64,000 bases of DNA from Octopus vulgaris. Its lineage: Eukaryota. The notes below the pieces were generated by a model. That model was given only the letters and a program-made list of their open reading frames with translations, did no database searches and had not been told where the DNA came from. This document shows positions 12,153-27,000 of this stretch, in pieces (position 1 is the stretch's first letter; every line of letters starts with the position of its first letter). The translations under genes were made by a program, and so were the position numbers. The stretch covers positions 14,694,001 to 14,758,000 of the forward strand of contig OX597839.1 of NCBI GenBank assembly GCA_951406725.2, read 5' to 3'.

Positions 12153-15100
12153 TTTACTCAGTCTATCTTATAAGTTAACAATACCCTACTAATTTGTTAC
12201 CAATTGCTCTGATCAAGAGTTACAACCATGCACCATGATATTTCTTATGAATACTTCATATGTTCATTTAAAATTAGTGATGTGTTAACAGTGTTTACTC
12301 CATATCCATAATATACTTCAGAATGTATCTTTGTTTCCTTTTTTCGTTTTTCAGCCAACACTATGTATTACAATGATTGGAACCAATTCATCTGAACAGT
12401 AAGTGTTAGAACAGAAAAGGTGGAAACAATTATATATATGTTATGCTCCTTATTAGATTTGTTATTAGATTTCATTTTATATGAAATAAGAAGCTCTTTG
12501 TTGTCATTAGAAATAACAGTTCTCTGTATTCTTAAACAAATTTATTACAACACTAGATTCACTCTCAACATTAATTATGCCACTTAGATAACAAGGCTAA
12601 TTAAGAAGTTCATCATGGTCTCCTTTTATTAGTATTTTAGCTACCCCACAACATCACAAGTGCAGCAGCAATTACTTTACGGCAGTAAAGGAAAACAACA
12701 ATGGAAATGGTAGCAAATTGGGTTAAGTGGATAAACATTAATCAACGAATAAAGGTGATGGTATAACTGAAATGACACTCAACACGTGGAGCTACATCTG
12801 CTCTCACCCACACCATGTGTGACTGTGTAACAGGGAACACTCTTTGGGATGTTCTCCAATGCAAAAATTTATGTACTTCTGTTGACCATGTTACGTACAA
12901 AGAAGACGCAGAGAAATGTGTACAACATTGGCTCAATAAAATTCAACTGAATGTCAAGTGGATTTAATGAGAGAATATGAAGTTTTAATCATGAAGTTTT
13001 AGTCTATTGAAGATCCCTCTGCACCTATATGCACTCAATGTTGAACTAAGTAAATCCATTTTTGTAGCTTGCCTGTTGCAGATGAGCCATTGACCCTTCT
13101 ACATTCAGATTACTCTGTCAAATGTAATGTTTATTTATTCACATTGTTTTGTACCACAGTCCACTAACTGAGACCTAAAAGAAAAGAGTATACACACACA
13201 CACACAAATACACTTATGTACATACATAATAATGTAGAAGATATACAACGTTATTAACTAATCTACAAATGGCATTTTAGTAGACGATAACAAATACAAG
13301 TTAAACCAATGAATCAGTTCTACAGTCAAGGTAAAGAAGTTCTTCCATATAATGGCCATGCAGATTTTTGAGGGATTCAGCGAGGGATGGGGTAGGTAGT
13401 AAGAATGACAATGCTATTACAAAACCAAGGGAGAAATACTAGTTCCAAAATTATAGCAGAAATTAGATATGTTTACTTATATGGTTCACTTAAAGAGAAT
13501 AAGTAAGAAGTCAAAGGAGTACATTCAAATGCTTTAGACTCCCTTTGATAAAGCATACAACTTTTTCTTCTTTACTTTTGAGGGGTTGGTTTACATCCAT
13601 TTATTTTTTTCTATTTTTCATGCAGATATGAAAAGGGATGGCTTTACAAGGTGAAGTTATGCCATTTCTTATACCCTTTCAGCCACTAATTAAGTCAGGC
13701 AAATATCTGAAGCAAGCAGAGTTATGTACCTTGTCCAGGAATGCAACTCAAATAACTAAGGTATTTATTTAAATTATTGAAATTGATAACTATGGATATT
13801 ATGAAAAATAAACTTTAAAATATTAAACATAATTAGACACAAGCAATTGGAACATTTCTTCCAATGTATAAGGCTAAAGCATCTTCAAAATATATAGTAA
13901 TATATGAATCAATGCAACCCAAAAGACATGAAAATAAATGAACTCCCCATTTTCATTCCATTTCTTTTTAACTACATAAACCAAATATTCATCATACAGC
14001 AGTTTTAATCTGTCTCACTCGCCATATATACATAAGTACATACATATATATATATATATATATTATCGAATCATGCAAAGAATGGTCAATAAAATGAGCC
14101 AGTAATGTATGGTTCTGTCAGGCAGTCAGCAAGAAATCAGAAAGAAGTCATGAATGAAGGGTTGAGTATGATGCAGACTAAAACTGAACGTACATCTCTC
14201 AGACAGACATTGTGGCAAACAAAGCTGACTGGTTGACCATGATATAGACAGACAAATGCATAGAATAGATTGACAGATGGTTGGTTGGTTGAGTGTCATG
14301 CTGGGTATCATGTAATGGTAACAGGATGAAAAAGAAATATGAACAGTGGAAAAAACTAGATTTTATAATGGCTGAGACGAATTGGATTTGAAACCCCTAA
14401 AGTGAACAAAAAAATTTGAAAATGGGGAAATTGTGATCAGTTCACCTTTCTGCAAGATGTAATTACATTCAGTGATACCCTTCAAACTGGGGGTAAAATA
14501 TAGATTAAATCCTTAAAAATGTTTCAGCCCGAAGGCTGCGGCCATGCTGGAGCACCACCGCTGTCGATTAAACTAAAAGAATGGTGTGTGTGTGTGTGTG
14601 TCTGTGTGTGTATATATATACACAAACACATATGTATAAATTATTGGTATTTAATTAGTTGACGTAGCTACCAGACTAACACTGCTTATGCAAATCAGTG
14701 TGTATTTATAGATGTGCAGAGTGGGTCAAATAGAAGTTGAATAGGAGTTATTTTATACTGAAATTCAAAAGGTGTGGCCACAGTTGGAATTTGTTTGATC
14801 ATGGCTCTGTCTAACCAGAGCTGATTTGGATCTAAAAATGCTAGTTAACATTAGATTTAACCAACACATTACAATAAAACAGGTGTGACTTCTCTATTGT
14901 TGATAGGAGCACATTATGCAAAAGGTCTTCGCAGTTTTAAGCTTAGCTGTGCCCTCATCCTTTTTTGTTCTTATAAGTGGTTGCTTATGCAGTAAAATAC
15001 AGTCAAGGCCAGTAATACTGAGAACAAAGAAAAATGAATAGTACTCTCTCAAGAGGTAATACATGACAAATCTGTTTGCCTCCAAGAACTTGGGAATGAA

Positions 15101-15278
15101 GTAATAGAGGAAGGAATTAATGGTTTTATTAGAAGAGTAAAGGCAGTACCTACAACCCTTTTCTGGGCCTTAATGATTGATTGGTGGAAGGGAGGAAGTT
15201 ATTCTCAAACTGAACTGAATGTTTGCAATTGAGTAGATACTGCCAAAGACCCACACGAGCCAGGAGATGGTATTAAAA

Positions 15279-15492
15279 GGCGGAGAGCTGGCAGAAACGT
15301 TAGCACGTCGGGCGAAATGCTTAGCGGTATTTCGTCTGCCGTTACGTTGTGAGTTCAAATTCCGCCGAGGTCAACTTTACCTTTCATCCTTTCAGGTTAC
15401 ACACTGGGGTCGATGTAATCGACTTAATACCTATGTCTGTCCTTGTTTGTCCCCTCTATGTTTAGCTCCTTGTGGGTAATAAAGAAATAGGT
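15279..15492 (+). mobile_element. tRNA-derived SINE (same family as 873-1105)
   Basis: GGCGGAGAGCTGGCAGAAACGTTAGCACG...GAGTTCAAATTCCGCCGAGG...GTGGGTAATAAAGAAATAGG. Confidence 0.8.
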
Positions 15493-15973
15493 ATTAAAAT
15501 GGGTAACAAATTAAGAGTAGGAACAGTCCCAATAGTGTACTCCCACACTTCCTGTCTATAAAAATTTCAACCACAAATCTTTGGTCAACTTGAAGCAAAG
15601 GTAGAATGCATTTGCCTAAGATGCCATATAATTAGATTAAACAATCTAGAACAAAGAACTTGTGAAGCAAACATCTTAAGGTGAAGCTCATGCCAACCAA
15701 GGCTTGAAGTTATTGCTGCAGTATTTTTTTGTATTCACTGCAAACATTATGTCTTCAAGTACGGTACTTAATTCAATATACTGCATTCTTTTAGCAGTGG
15801 AAAATGTATTTTAATCAATTTAGACAGAACTGTAATCCACATGCCCATCATTATATTTAATGCAACAATAACAACATTAACAATGTTCCCCAAGTTCTTT
15901 CTTTTTTCCACTGTCATATTTAGTTTTTCTGATGAAACACTATTGTAAATGGATGCTATGAGCAGAAACATAC

Positions 15974-16093
15974 AACGACAATTTGTCTCATCACTACTGT
16001 CCGGACAGTCAACGACTTCATCACAGACTTGAGAAATATGAAGACACACAGTTCCCTCACGGCATAGGAATTCCTCTCGTTTCTTGCAGAATA
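15974..16093 (-). CDS. Internal exon, LDLa module (FCKKREEFLCREGTVCLHISQVCDEVVDCPDSSDETNCR)
   Basis: 120 bp; acceptor ttctttggttccag, donor gtatgt; phase 1-1. Confidence 0.92.
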
Positions 16094-16199
16094 CTGGAAC
16101 CAAAGAATACAATTAAATAATTATACAAATGAAGACAAAACAGACACAGGCAGACATGAGGTCATATACAATCGTTCAAACTGATATAAACAAAGACAC

Positions 16200-16720
16200 A
16201 TACATTTTTATTTTATTTTATTGCTTAATCAAATAAGTAAAAAAGGACCACCTATAAGCCTTTTGAGGGCCTTGGAGACTGGTAGCAGGAAAGAAGTTAT
16301 CCTCTGATCACAGATGGGCTCTGAATACTTAGAACAGAGTAGACACCACAAAAGATACTCAAGATCCAGTTGGCAGTGTTAAATTGGGCAACGAACTGGA
16401 TGAAAGTTTTCCAAAACAGTTTTAAGTCAACTGCTACAGGAAAAATATGTGCAAGGAGTGTATTCCAAAGTTCTGGCATTTTGGGGATGAATGAATCGGT
16501 TTAGTAATTAGTGTGATGCTGGTGTAACAATAAGTGAGAGGAAATGAGATGAAAGAGTTAGGAGTGTCTGAGAGGAGATGTCATGAGACCAGCTAGCACT
16601 AAGGAGCAGAGATAGGGAGACAGTACATTTGTGGGCCAGAAGCTGAGAATATGCAAGGGGTGACTTTACGTCAAACAGTCAAGTGGTTTATTTTGGATGC
16701 TGTCCAGGATGAATGTTGCA
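16200..16720 (-). mobile_element. Degenerate 3' end of a LINE (RT C-terminal region)
   Basis: Minus-strand SFIPKMPELWNTLLAHIFPVAVDLKLF resembles the LINE ORF2 C-terminal LWNxLP motif; A-rich tail at ~16205. Confidence 0.5.
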
Positions 16721-18298
16721 AATAATTAAAATTACTGTTTAATTGTCTTATAAAGCTAGGTGCTTCACCTCTCACAACCCACTAACTCTAAAAAAGACAC
16801 AATGAGAGCACCACTTGCATTGAGGATAGAGGATAGTCTCTACATGGTTGCAGTACAATGCCAGAAATGTCAAAGTGTCAAAAAAAATATCTTGCAGTAT
16901 TTTATTGCATCCCTTTCGATGCTTTGAATTCAAATCCTGCCATGTTTGATTTTACTTGTTTCAACCCCCCAAAACTCAATAAAATAAACAGTTGAGTTCT
17001 TGAGTCAATATAATCAACTCTGTAGTTGCACTTGAATCTGAGGCTTTGCTGCACTGTTAGTAATCATCATCATCATCATCATCTTTATTGCAGAACCATT
17101 AGAGTATCAGACAATATGCCTTGCAGTAACCAGTTACAACACTTTGCATTCCGAATTCAAATTCCACGACGGTCAACTTTGCTTTACATCTGTTCGCTAT
17201 TGATTCAATCAACCAACAACTCTCCCTAAAATTTTGACTTTGCACCTATTTTAGAAAGAAGTATCATTACCATAATTAAGGTGTTGAAATAGTTAAAAAT
17301 CCTTTGTACTACATTTTGTCTACCACAATAACTACCATAAGTCTTTGTAGGGTAAGAGCAGACATTGTTTTGTCAGCAGGAATATGAAGATATCAGAAGT
17401 AACAGATATTAACTACTTGTACCTAGCATATAATGGTTGGGAAATATATAAACCAAATATCCTAACACAAAGGTCTATGCATAAGCATATGTATGTTGAA
17501 TTCACAGTTATTAGATAACATACATTTTTAGATTACTTCAAGGTTTTTTTTTGACTTAGCAGTGGCAATTTTATTATTGGTAAATATAGTGAATGCAGAC
17601 AAAATTCAATACAACTTAGACAATTATAAAGAGTATATATCATCAGTATCATGATCATCATGATCATCATCACTGAATTTCCATGATGGCATAAGCTGGA
17701 TGAGTCTTCCTGCTACAAGTCAGATCATATTCAGAGTTGCTACATTCCTAGATAAATCAAGTGATCATGTTTCACTTGTACATTCTATTTTTGGCATGGA
17801 TTCTACAGCTAGATTTTTCCATTCCTAACAGTAACTATTTTACAGCATGCATTGGGTGAATTTTATCATGGTACTGCCACGAGGAGTTGTCATGTTCTTG
17901 ATAAGACAAGACATAACGGATTATCTTGAACCGACCTACATTGTCTATATTCTTCCACAAACTATTTCAATGGGTGAACTGGGCTCATTTTATTGTGGTG
18001 CCAGTGCTAGTGAGGTCGCCTTGTACTCAGCAAAACAAGAGTCCTCACAACCCAATGTTATATCTGTTCGTTCAGGATAATGTAACCAAAAGAATGGGCA
18101 GAAGAAGAGGGTGTGAAGAAGAAAGAAGTGAAACAGGAATACAAAGTGATTAGAGTGAAATAGGGAAGTGGAGAGAAAACTGGGTAAGGCAATACAAGAA
18201 AGAATAATGTAAAACCGTATAACAAATGCTAATATGTTACTATTTAATGGTGATAGTCAAAATGAAGAAATAACTAAAACAAAAAGAAAAATACTCAC

Positions 18299-18412
18299 AG
18301 CAATTTTCTTCATCAGAACTGTCCCAGCAATCAGCACGACCATCACACTTTTTAGCACCTTGAATACATTCTCCAGTTTTACAATGGAATTCTCCAGATA
18401 AACAATGAGTAC
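18299..18412 (-). CDS. Internal exon, LDLa module ([37 protein letters not shown])
   Basis: 114 bp; acceptor ttttttaatggttcag, donor gtgagt; phase 1-1. Confidence 0.93.
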
Positions 18413-20904
18413 CTGAACCATTAAAAAACATTTTATTTAAAAAATGAGGACACCAGAATATTCAATATCAAAGATAAGAGGAATTTTTTTTCCTCTCCTG
18501 AAAGAACACAAATTTGACTTCATACTCTGAGTAATTCTTTCTGATTCAGAAACTAGAATACATGGTGATGATAAGGATATGCTTCAAGGTATCTTTGGTC
18601 AGGGTTGTTGTTCAGCCTTAATTTAGTCCTCAATGAGCATAACTAATAATCTAAAGCATTTTAGTTATAAATGATGAATAGTTAGTTACTGGTTTTCAAG
18701 AGTGATAAAGGAGTTTCTGTGACACATAGTGCAGAACAAATATCACACAGGGTATCGATATTTGAAAACATTGAGTTTTCAATTATTTCAACTTCACCAA
18801 TACATAGACAAAGTTATACCCATACATATATGTTTATATGTATATAAGTGTGTGTATAGGTGGGTGTGTATATATTTATGTGTCTGGGACTAGTTTATAG
18901 CAGACAACAGTAAGATTAAAATTTTGATAATTCATGAAATAAATGTAAAGTGAATTCAACAATGTTCTCCATAGCTCAGCAATTTTTCATGTCAGAATAT
19001 AAAAATTCAAATAGGCATGTACATGTGCACAGATAAACACACACATCCATATATATATATATATGAGATAGATATATGGAGAGAGAGAGATACACACATA
19101 CATATCTATCAATCTATACATGTTGTTAACAGAATCATTGTTTTAACATTCACTTTTCTATGCTTGCATGAGATGGACAGAGATTATTGAAACCAAATTT
19201 CTATGGCTTTTCCTGGCTCCAACTCTCGCCTGTTTCCAAGCTTTCCAAAAATCTGAAAGTGAAACATTGGGAGTTTGTTGCCTTTTGAAAGTGATGAGAT
19301 GATGGGTGGATGTTTGGCAAGGAAATTTTAGTGTTTCTTTAAAAAAAAAAGGAAGAAGAAAAGATTCGTACTCTCTCTCTTTTTTCTTCTGTGAATTACC
19401 AAGAAAACATTTGGAAAAAAGTAAAAAAGAAAACATGAAGAAATTGGGGTGGGGAGGGAGAAAATTAAAATATCAAGAACGTGTTTTTTGGGCGAAATCC
19501 TAATCTCCTGTATAGAAAACATAGGAATTGGAATTAATTTAGGAAGACAATAAGGGGGTAGGGGCAAAAATGTCACCTTGGACATGCTAGAAACAACAGG
19601 TAAAAGACAGGATTTCTGGAAAAACTTGCTTTAAAGGAATCAGGTTTTTAAATACACTCATCACAAACATGAATTACAGAATAGAAAAAGGTAATTTCAA
19701 TTGGATTTGGGCTGTAATTTTGCACATGCACAGAGCAAGAATTAACATAATTGACACAGAGGTTTTACCTAGAGTGTGTGTGTGTCAAAGAAAGTTATTC
19801 TATGGCATTCTTTTGTTTGAAGCAGCAAAGTTGTCAACTTAATCATATAGGATCATATGATTGTTCGTTAATTTCCATAAATTTTTTTAATTTCTTTATG
19901 CTTTGAAGAGAGCAGAAATTGAAAGTGAGAAGAAAATGAAGAGGCGACATTTGCTTTGAAGTGAGAGCAGAAAGTAAAAGAGAGGAGAAATTGAAAGATG
20001 TACGTACGTGTATATGAAATGGATGTGTGTGTGTGTGTGTGTGTGTGTATGTGAAAGGGAGAGAGAAAAAAAGTGAGTGAGTGAAGGTCTGTTTTGTCAT
20101 GTATGTATTTTTTTGCATGTATGTGTAAGTAGCACTCAATTGCTCTCTTTCTCTTCTCTCTCTCTCTTACACACACACACATTATCTTTCATATACATGT
20201 ACATAAATACATATGCATACATCTTTTTTGTATGTATGTGTACATGTGTGTGTGCATATGAGAGTGAGTAGTGTCTGTATTTCCTCATAATATAAAGAGA
20301 AATGGATGTCTTTTAATGAGTGACTAATTTGGAAAAACATTACTTTCATTACTCACACATCGTCACTCTTGAAATGCAACACTTTGTAATTTTGTTTCAA
20401 ACTGAAAGTATGAAACTATTTTCACTTTCTAATGAAACCGGGTCATTATAGAGCAGTGTCTTTCAAATAACTATAATTGATTGTTGAGATAACATAGAAA
20501 ATATGTAAATGAAAATAAAGTTTATTTGTTAGCTGAAAGATTACTGAATCTTTTGATACCCCATACTTCAAAATTGACAACTCAGTTATCTGATGCATAA
20601 GGAACATACACACGCGCACACTCACACAAACTATCTTTTATAGATATATATATATATATATATACATATATTATACATACATACATACATATATATATAT
20701 ATATATGGAGAGAGAGAGAGAGAGAGCTCTGTACAGTTACTGTCTACAAAATTTACTCACAAGGCATAGGTCAATGCAGGGCTGTTAAAGAAACATTTGA
20801 CTGAAATCACATAGTTGCAAAGTTCCCAACTATATAGTCATACCTGCACAAACGCACACACACACACACACACACAAACACTACACACTAAATGATTTAC
20901 ATAC

Positions 20905-21018
20905 CACAGTTAATCTCATCAGAGCCATCTCGGCATTGAGGTACACGATCACAGTGGAGGGACTCGTCAATACAGCTTCCATCACGACATCTGAAACCAC
21001 CTGGTTTGCATACTGAGG
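20905..21018 (-). CDS. Internal exon, LDLa module ([37 protein letters not shown])
   Basis: 114 bp; acceptor ttatctctcttcag, donor gtatgt; phase 1-1. Not in the ORF track. Confidence 0.92.
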
Positions 21019-21603
21019 CTGAAGAGAGATAATGATGAGAACAACAACAAAAATTCAAATTTCAAATTTTGGCACAAGGCCAGTAATTGTAAGAATAAGA
21101 GGTTAGCCAGTTACATCAACCCCAGTACTTGAATTATAATGCTAGAATGGGTACTATAGTGTTTTGCTGAAGTATATTGTTTTTACATCAACCACTTGAG
21201 TGAAGAAGGAAGCATTCACTTAACTTGCTAGAAATTGCAGTCAAACCTGCTTAAAATCATATCCTACAATTGTTAAAAGGAGGGACACATTAGACATTGT
21301 TTTCATAGATATATAAAAGTATAGGATGAGCAGGACTGGAACATTTTGCTCAATCAGGACTGATCTAGAGTCAGACAATAATAAATAAGGAGCAATAAGG
21401 AAAGTGTTTACATGGTTGCTCAAAATGCTAGAGATGGTCAACGAAGCTTTCTCAAATAATATTCTATCATGTTAGAAAAACAGAAAACACATGTTCATAT
21501 CATGACATACAAAAACAGGATGAAAACTGTTTCTTGTCATTCAAGCAAACTGGAGCAAGGATGTATATGTGTTTTGATCAGGAGAAACACATTTTTTTCC
21601 TTA

Positions 21604-21783
21604 TACTCTTTACTCTTTTACTTGTTTCAGTCATGTGACTGTGATTGTGCTGGAGCACCATCTTCAGTCAAGCAAATCGACCCCAGGACTTATTCTTTGT
21701 AAGCCTAGTACTTATTCTATCGGTCTCTTTTTTGCCGAACTGCTAAGTAGTAGAAGACACTTGCCCAAGGTGTCACGCAGTGA
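21604..21783 (-). mobile_element. SINE fragment whose 3' end matches LINE family B
   Basis: Minus strand ends CAGTCACATGACTGAAACAAGTAAAAGAGTAAAGAGTA; the last 25 nt are identical to 56757-56781. Confidence 0.75.
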
Positions 21784-22879
21784 CTGTTAGGGAGGAAGGG
21801 GCAAAGTTATCTTGGAAACCTTGTTTGAATATATGCAACAAAATGAACTGGATTCCACAAAAAACACTCATGGACCAAGTGTTAAACTGGGCAACAGACC
21901 AGGTTTATCACCTAAAAAACAGGAATGGTTCCTCCAATGGGTTTCTATATTGTTGCTGTCTACTGATTTATAATTGCAGACAAAACTTTGGCCAACCCAA
22001 ATCAACATGACCAAGGTGCTGTGTAGTGGGATCAAACCCAAAACCACATAGTTGCAGAGCAAACTTTTAAACCACACAGCCATATCTTTGTGCATATAAG
22101 TGGCATGCAATGAGATTGAACTTGTAATCAACAAGCTATGAAGCCAACTTTATAATCATGCAGTGTTGTTTGCACCCAATTGTTATCAAATATCACAAGT
22201 GCTTGATCCAGCAAAATATCAACCAACATAAAACAGTTATAAAATGAAAGTAAAATAAAAAATGTATTATACTAAAATCCAGATTTGAAGAATCAGTTAA
22301 TCCATTCTAATCCTCTTTCTAATTTATAAGGTAAAAACAAAAATAAACAAATACCATTGAACTATACATGTTCAACGACTAATTGAAATACTTAAAGAAA
22401 TATTTGTTTATGCAGCTAACTGCACCATTTCTTCTTAAACTCCTTATCAGCTTACCAGTTAATATTCTCATGACTTCACTAAAGGACATTCATAAATGTG
22501 AGCTGGCTAGTTGCAATCTGTGATAGCATGAATTCGTTCAGAAAAAGACAATAGAAAAAATATCTGCACTAGAATTTAGTCTGATTAGGCACGGTTTCTA
22601 TGGCTGGATGCCCTTGCTAATGCCAGCCACTTTACAGAGTGTGATGGATGTTTTTATGTGGAACCATACGCGCACTTTTATGCAACACTGCACAGGCACT
22701 TTTATGTGGAACCGCACATGTGCTTTTGCAGGACACTGCATGGGCACTTTTATGTGGCACCACCACGAGTGCCATGGAGTACAGGTCTTTTTGAGTACAG
22801 TAAGACACCAGGCGTCTTTTTCCATTTCACCTGAAATGTTCAGTGTCTGGAGGTCATTCTTCAGTACTTTGTCCTGTGT

Positions 22880-23828
22880 CTTCCTGGGTGTCCCACTTCT
22901 ATGTGTCCCGTCTACTTTGATCCATCTGCATCACATGACCAAACCAATGCAGTCTTCTCTCTTGCACACAGCAACTAATTCCTCTTATGCCTAACTTCTC
23001 TCTCAGAACACTAGTGCTCTGTGAAACATGTACACTTACATAACACATTCAGTGGAGAACACTAGCCTCATTCCTTTCTAACCTTTGCATGTCCTCTACA
23101 TTCAGGGCCCACATCTCACTACCATGTAAAATTGCTGTCCATATACATGCATCATACAATCTTCCTTTCACTCGGAGAGTAACAGCTCTCTGAATTTCCT
23201 CCATCCCATTCTTACTCTAGCTATCACACTCTCTGTGAATCCTCTTCAACTACTAATTTGGTCTCCTAAATAGCAGAAATTATCTACAACCTCTAATGAG
23301 CCAAGTTTCTGTAGCTTTCATGGATCCTGTACATCCTCCACATATGGACACTACCTTATCTGCTAATCCTCATATTAATCCACTGCACCTCTTGTGTGTT
23401 CCTAGATTACACTGGGTATACCATACATAGTTCCTGTCTAACCTTTCCTACAAATCAAATAGGGCCATCTACCTGAAGTGAGTAGGATCTGGTCAGTTTT
23501 CTTGCTTACTAGGATGTTAGTCTTTGGTAAGTTAACCATAACACCCTTAGATCACAGGTTTTGCTTCCACACTTGGAATTTCTCTTCTAGCTCTGATATG
23601 GAATCTGCTATGAGGGCAAGATCATCAGCATATAGTAGTTCCTAGGGAGTGCTGGTCTTTAATTCCTCTGTTAAGGCCTGGAGGACAATGACGAAAAGGA
23701 AGGAACTAAGGACTGAGTTTTGATGAACCCCTACCTGTACATCAAATTCTTCACTGATTCGTGATTAACTCTCACCTTACTGACAGTGTCTTTGTACATG
23801 GCCTGTGCAGCCTTCAGCAGCCACTCTG
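22880..23828 (-). mobile_element. Degraded RTE-clade LINE reverse transcriptase fragment
   Basis: Minus strand reads ELLYADDLALIA at ~23610-23640 and VGVHQNSVLSS upstream; contains stops and frameshifts. Confidence 0.75.
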
Positions 23829-23966
23829 AGTGAGGTGAAGTCAACAGTCATAGTATGAATGATGAGAAGAGGATATAGAAATGAATGAGGTAAGTGGGAT
23901 TAGGTAATGGTAACATGAAACCAGCTGGCTTCGAAAATTTATTGCAATAGTAGGCAGGATACTTAC

Positions 23967-24089
23967 CACAGGCATCTGGAGTTTCATCAGATCTATCTTC
24001 ACAGTCCCTTTTATTGTCACAGACCAAACTTATTGCAATACATGGGCCAACTTTGCAGGAGAATTCATTTTCAGCACAAGTGCGGTTTG
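23967..24089 (-). CDS. Internal exon, LDLa module ([40 protein letters not shown])
   Basis: 123 bp; acceptor tatttcattttag, donor gtaagt; phase 1-1. Confidence 0.93.
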
Positions 24090-27000
24090 CTAAAATGAAA
24101 TACAATTTAGGATATATTTTTAGTATATAAAAGATCTATGATATGTAATAATGCAGATATATAATGTTATAATATAATATTTGCATCAGATGGAATATTA
24201 ACATAATTATATATATTCATAAGTAGATAATAATAATGCTTTAGAAGTCAAAGCAGTTAGTTATTGAAAAATATTAACCTGGATTAAATGCAATATTCTA
24301 AGTTAATATTGCAGCTATGCTATTGATTTAATGAACATTAGATAAAAAAAAAACTACTTTAAGACACATTTGTTATTCTGATTGTAAAAGCTATATATTA
24401 GTTAAAAATATAAATCATAAGCAGATACATTTGATGTTATATATATATAAACTAGATTTCTGTATAACTGAGATACTGTTAAAATCACACTACAGTAGAA
24501 TTAGTGCTTTTATTCAGGTGAAATTATTAAGTAAAAATAATTAAATATAACAGTTAAAATAGTTTATGAGCATATACAGTTTTTTTCTCACAATTAATTA
24601 AACTCTGGTAAGTGAATATTAGAATTTCTATGCATTAATGAAATAATTTATATTAGATTATTCTATAAGCAACTAGGAAAAAGAACCATTAGTCCAAGAC
24701 TTCCATATCGTTCATTATCTACAGAATCTAATTACACATGCATTTACTCTTTTAATCATTTTAGTCATTGGAATGCATCTGAGTCTGAATTTTTGAGTTT
24801 GTTTAATCAACCAAAATATCAACCTCATTGAACAAGTGCATAAATTACAGACACATGTACTCTTAAAATAATTCTCAGACAGAGTCAGCAAGACTCAGTT
24901 TCAAGGTCGAACCTTTGACTCACTGGTATAATTCAGCCATTAAGTTTTGATACAGTTCCTGTTTACCAAGTTTCACAAACAAGACATGAGTCAATCCAAG
25001 ACTGTAGTAAAAGATACTTGCTCAAAATGCTAAACAATAGGATATTATCAACCGCAGAGTGTAAATATATATTTAACCTCTTGATCCAATGGAAAACATC
25101 TGTTGATGTCCAACCTATACATGGCAGTAGAACACTGAACTTTGAGCCAAGCAGCTTTGGTGCTTGTGTGTTTTAAACAGAAGGCAAAACAAACACAAAA
25201 TAATTTATGTTTTTCCTGAACATCTTACCTTCTTTGATAAGTTAATTAGAACTTTAAGGTAAGAATTTAGATATTTGGAGAACAAGTCTATTAAAATTTA
25301 GCAAATAAACAGAATATGACTCTAAGAGAATTATTATCACTATATTAAAAAAAAAAAAACTAGAATTTCAAAGCTTATTTTATGAAGACCTTTACAGCAT
25401 TTCTTATAAATGAACATTTTATCATTCATATTCAATGAATTTGATTTGTAGTTTTGTTTCTTATCATTTATATAAACACAAATTATAAGCAGTTTCTCCC
25501 TCAGTTATATATAATTTACTTAGAATCAAATATTTTGTATATTTCACAATTCATTAATCAAATGAATATTTTATTGTTAAGCTATGATTTATAATAAAAC
25601 TAAATGTTTATATATTGGTTGAAATGTTAATATATATATATGAAATAATTTTGAATAAAAAACTAAAAGGAAACTATCCAGTGCTACAGCTTTTAATTTT
25701 CCTTGAAACTGGCACACAGACAGAGTACTAACAATGAACTCATGTTTCACTTACTCTTATTTAATCAGAATTTCATTTTTTATTCAACTTGACTTCCTTT
25801 CTCATCAACTTATCAAATATCCTTGCTTTTATTATGATTAATTCTTAAATTATCTGAATCTACTGAGTACCTTTCATCAAATATCTACATAGTTGAGAAG
25901 GAGCAAGGATAATAATGTTCTACTACTCATGGACAAATGAAACCTTTACAAGGTTTTAAAAAAAAATGAACAAGTGAGATAACAAATTGGATTGAACTAG
26001 TAAGAGAGAGAAATGAATATCATGTGTGTATGCATAACCAAAATCAAAGAGTATTAGACATATAACAACTGTGGTTTCCAAACATATTTGCATGTGGTGC
26101 ACTTTAGATGAAATGAAAGTAATTTGGTGCAATTTATACATGAAGTCAAAAAAAGTGTATTAAAAATACATATATATTTTAGGCTATAAATATAAATAAT
26201 ACAAAAAAATATTAACTATTTGATTCTTTATTCAATAAATGAAGCAATGTTATGAAAACTTTCTATTTAGTATTTCAGTTTGTATTTTACTCATGTTTTA
26301 AATATAATAATAATATTATTATTATTATAGGATGCCTAGCAACATCTTGCACCACACCATTTGGGAACCACAGTATAGGAGCAACCATTAAAAAGTAGCA
26401 GAATATTATGTGAAAGTTATATAGCAGAATATCATGAGAAAGGTAGAAAAGTGTTCCTGAGAATGAAAACTGCAAAAACAGGGTGCAGTGAGTACATTAA
26501 AGAATATTGGAGTTATTTCTAAACAGAACCAAAAACATGCACAATCACAACAAAGAAACAGATTCAAGATGAAAATTATTAAAACAAAAGAAATAATTGG
26601 GACGGGTTAGATATTTCATTAGATTTATAACAGATAAGTTCTGAACAAACTATCCTCATCTATTTTAAAAGTGTTCATTTATCACTGAATGTAGTCATTT
26701 GATGTCACCATCATTTTACATCTGTTTATCCCTGCTACTATGAAGTTCCTTAGCACCGTATCTTAAAACTTGCAGGAGACACTTGTCATCTCCTTCATGC
26801 AGTTCAGTGTCCTGAAATAAGTTCTCATCATTTCTCCCAAACCTTTGATTTTTCTCTTTTGTATAGATCTATAAACCTTTCAATTAAGAGATGTTGGAAA
26901 ATAAGAACTTTCAGTTTGTTTATTTATTATGCTAACTTTATCAGATAATCTAGTAAAATAACAACTCCTATGACAACAAGCCAATATTTTTTGTAAATCA

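Noticed and set aside
13155-13174. Possible micro-exon after a strong polypyrimidine/AG
   Set aside because: 20 nt, in-phase TAG, poor donor.
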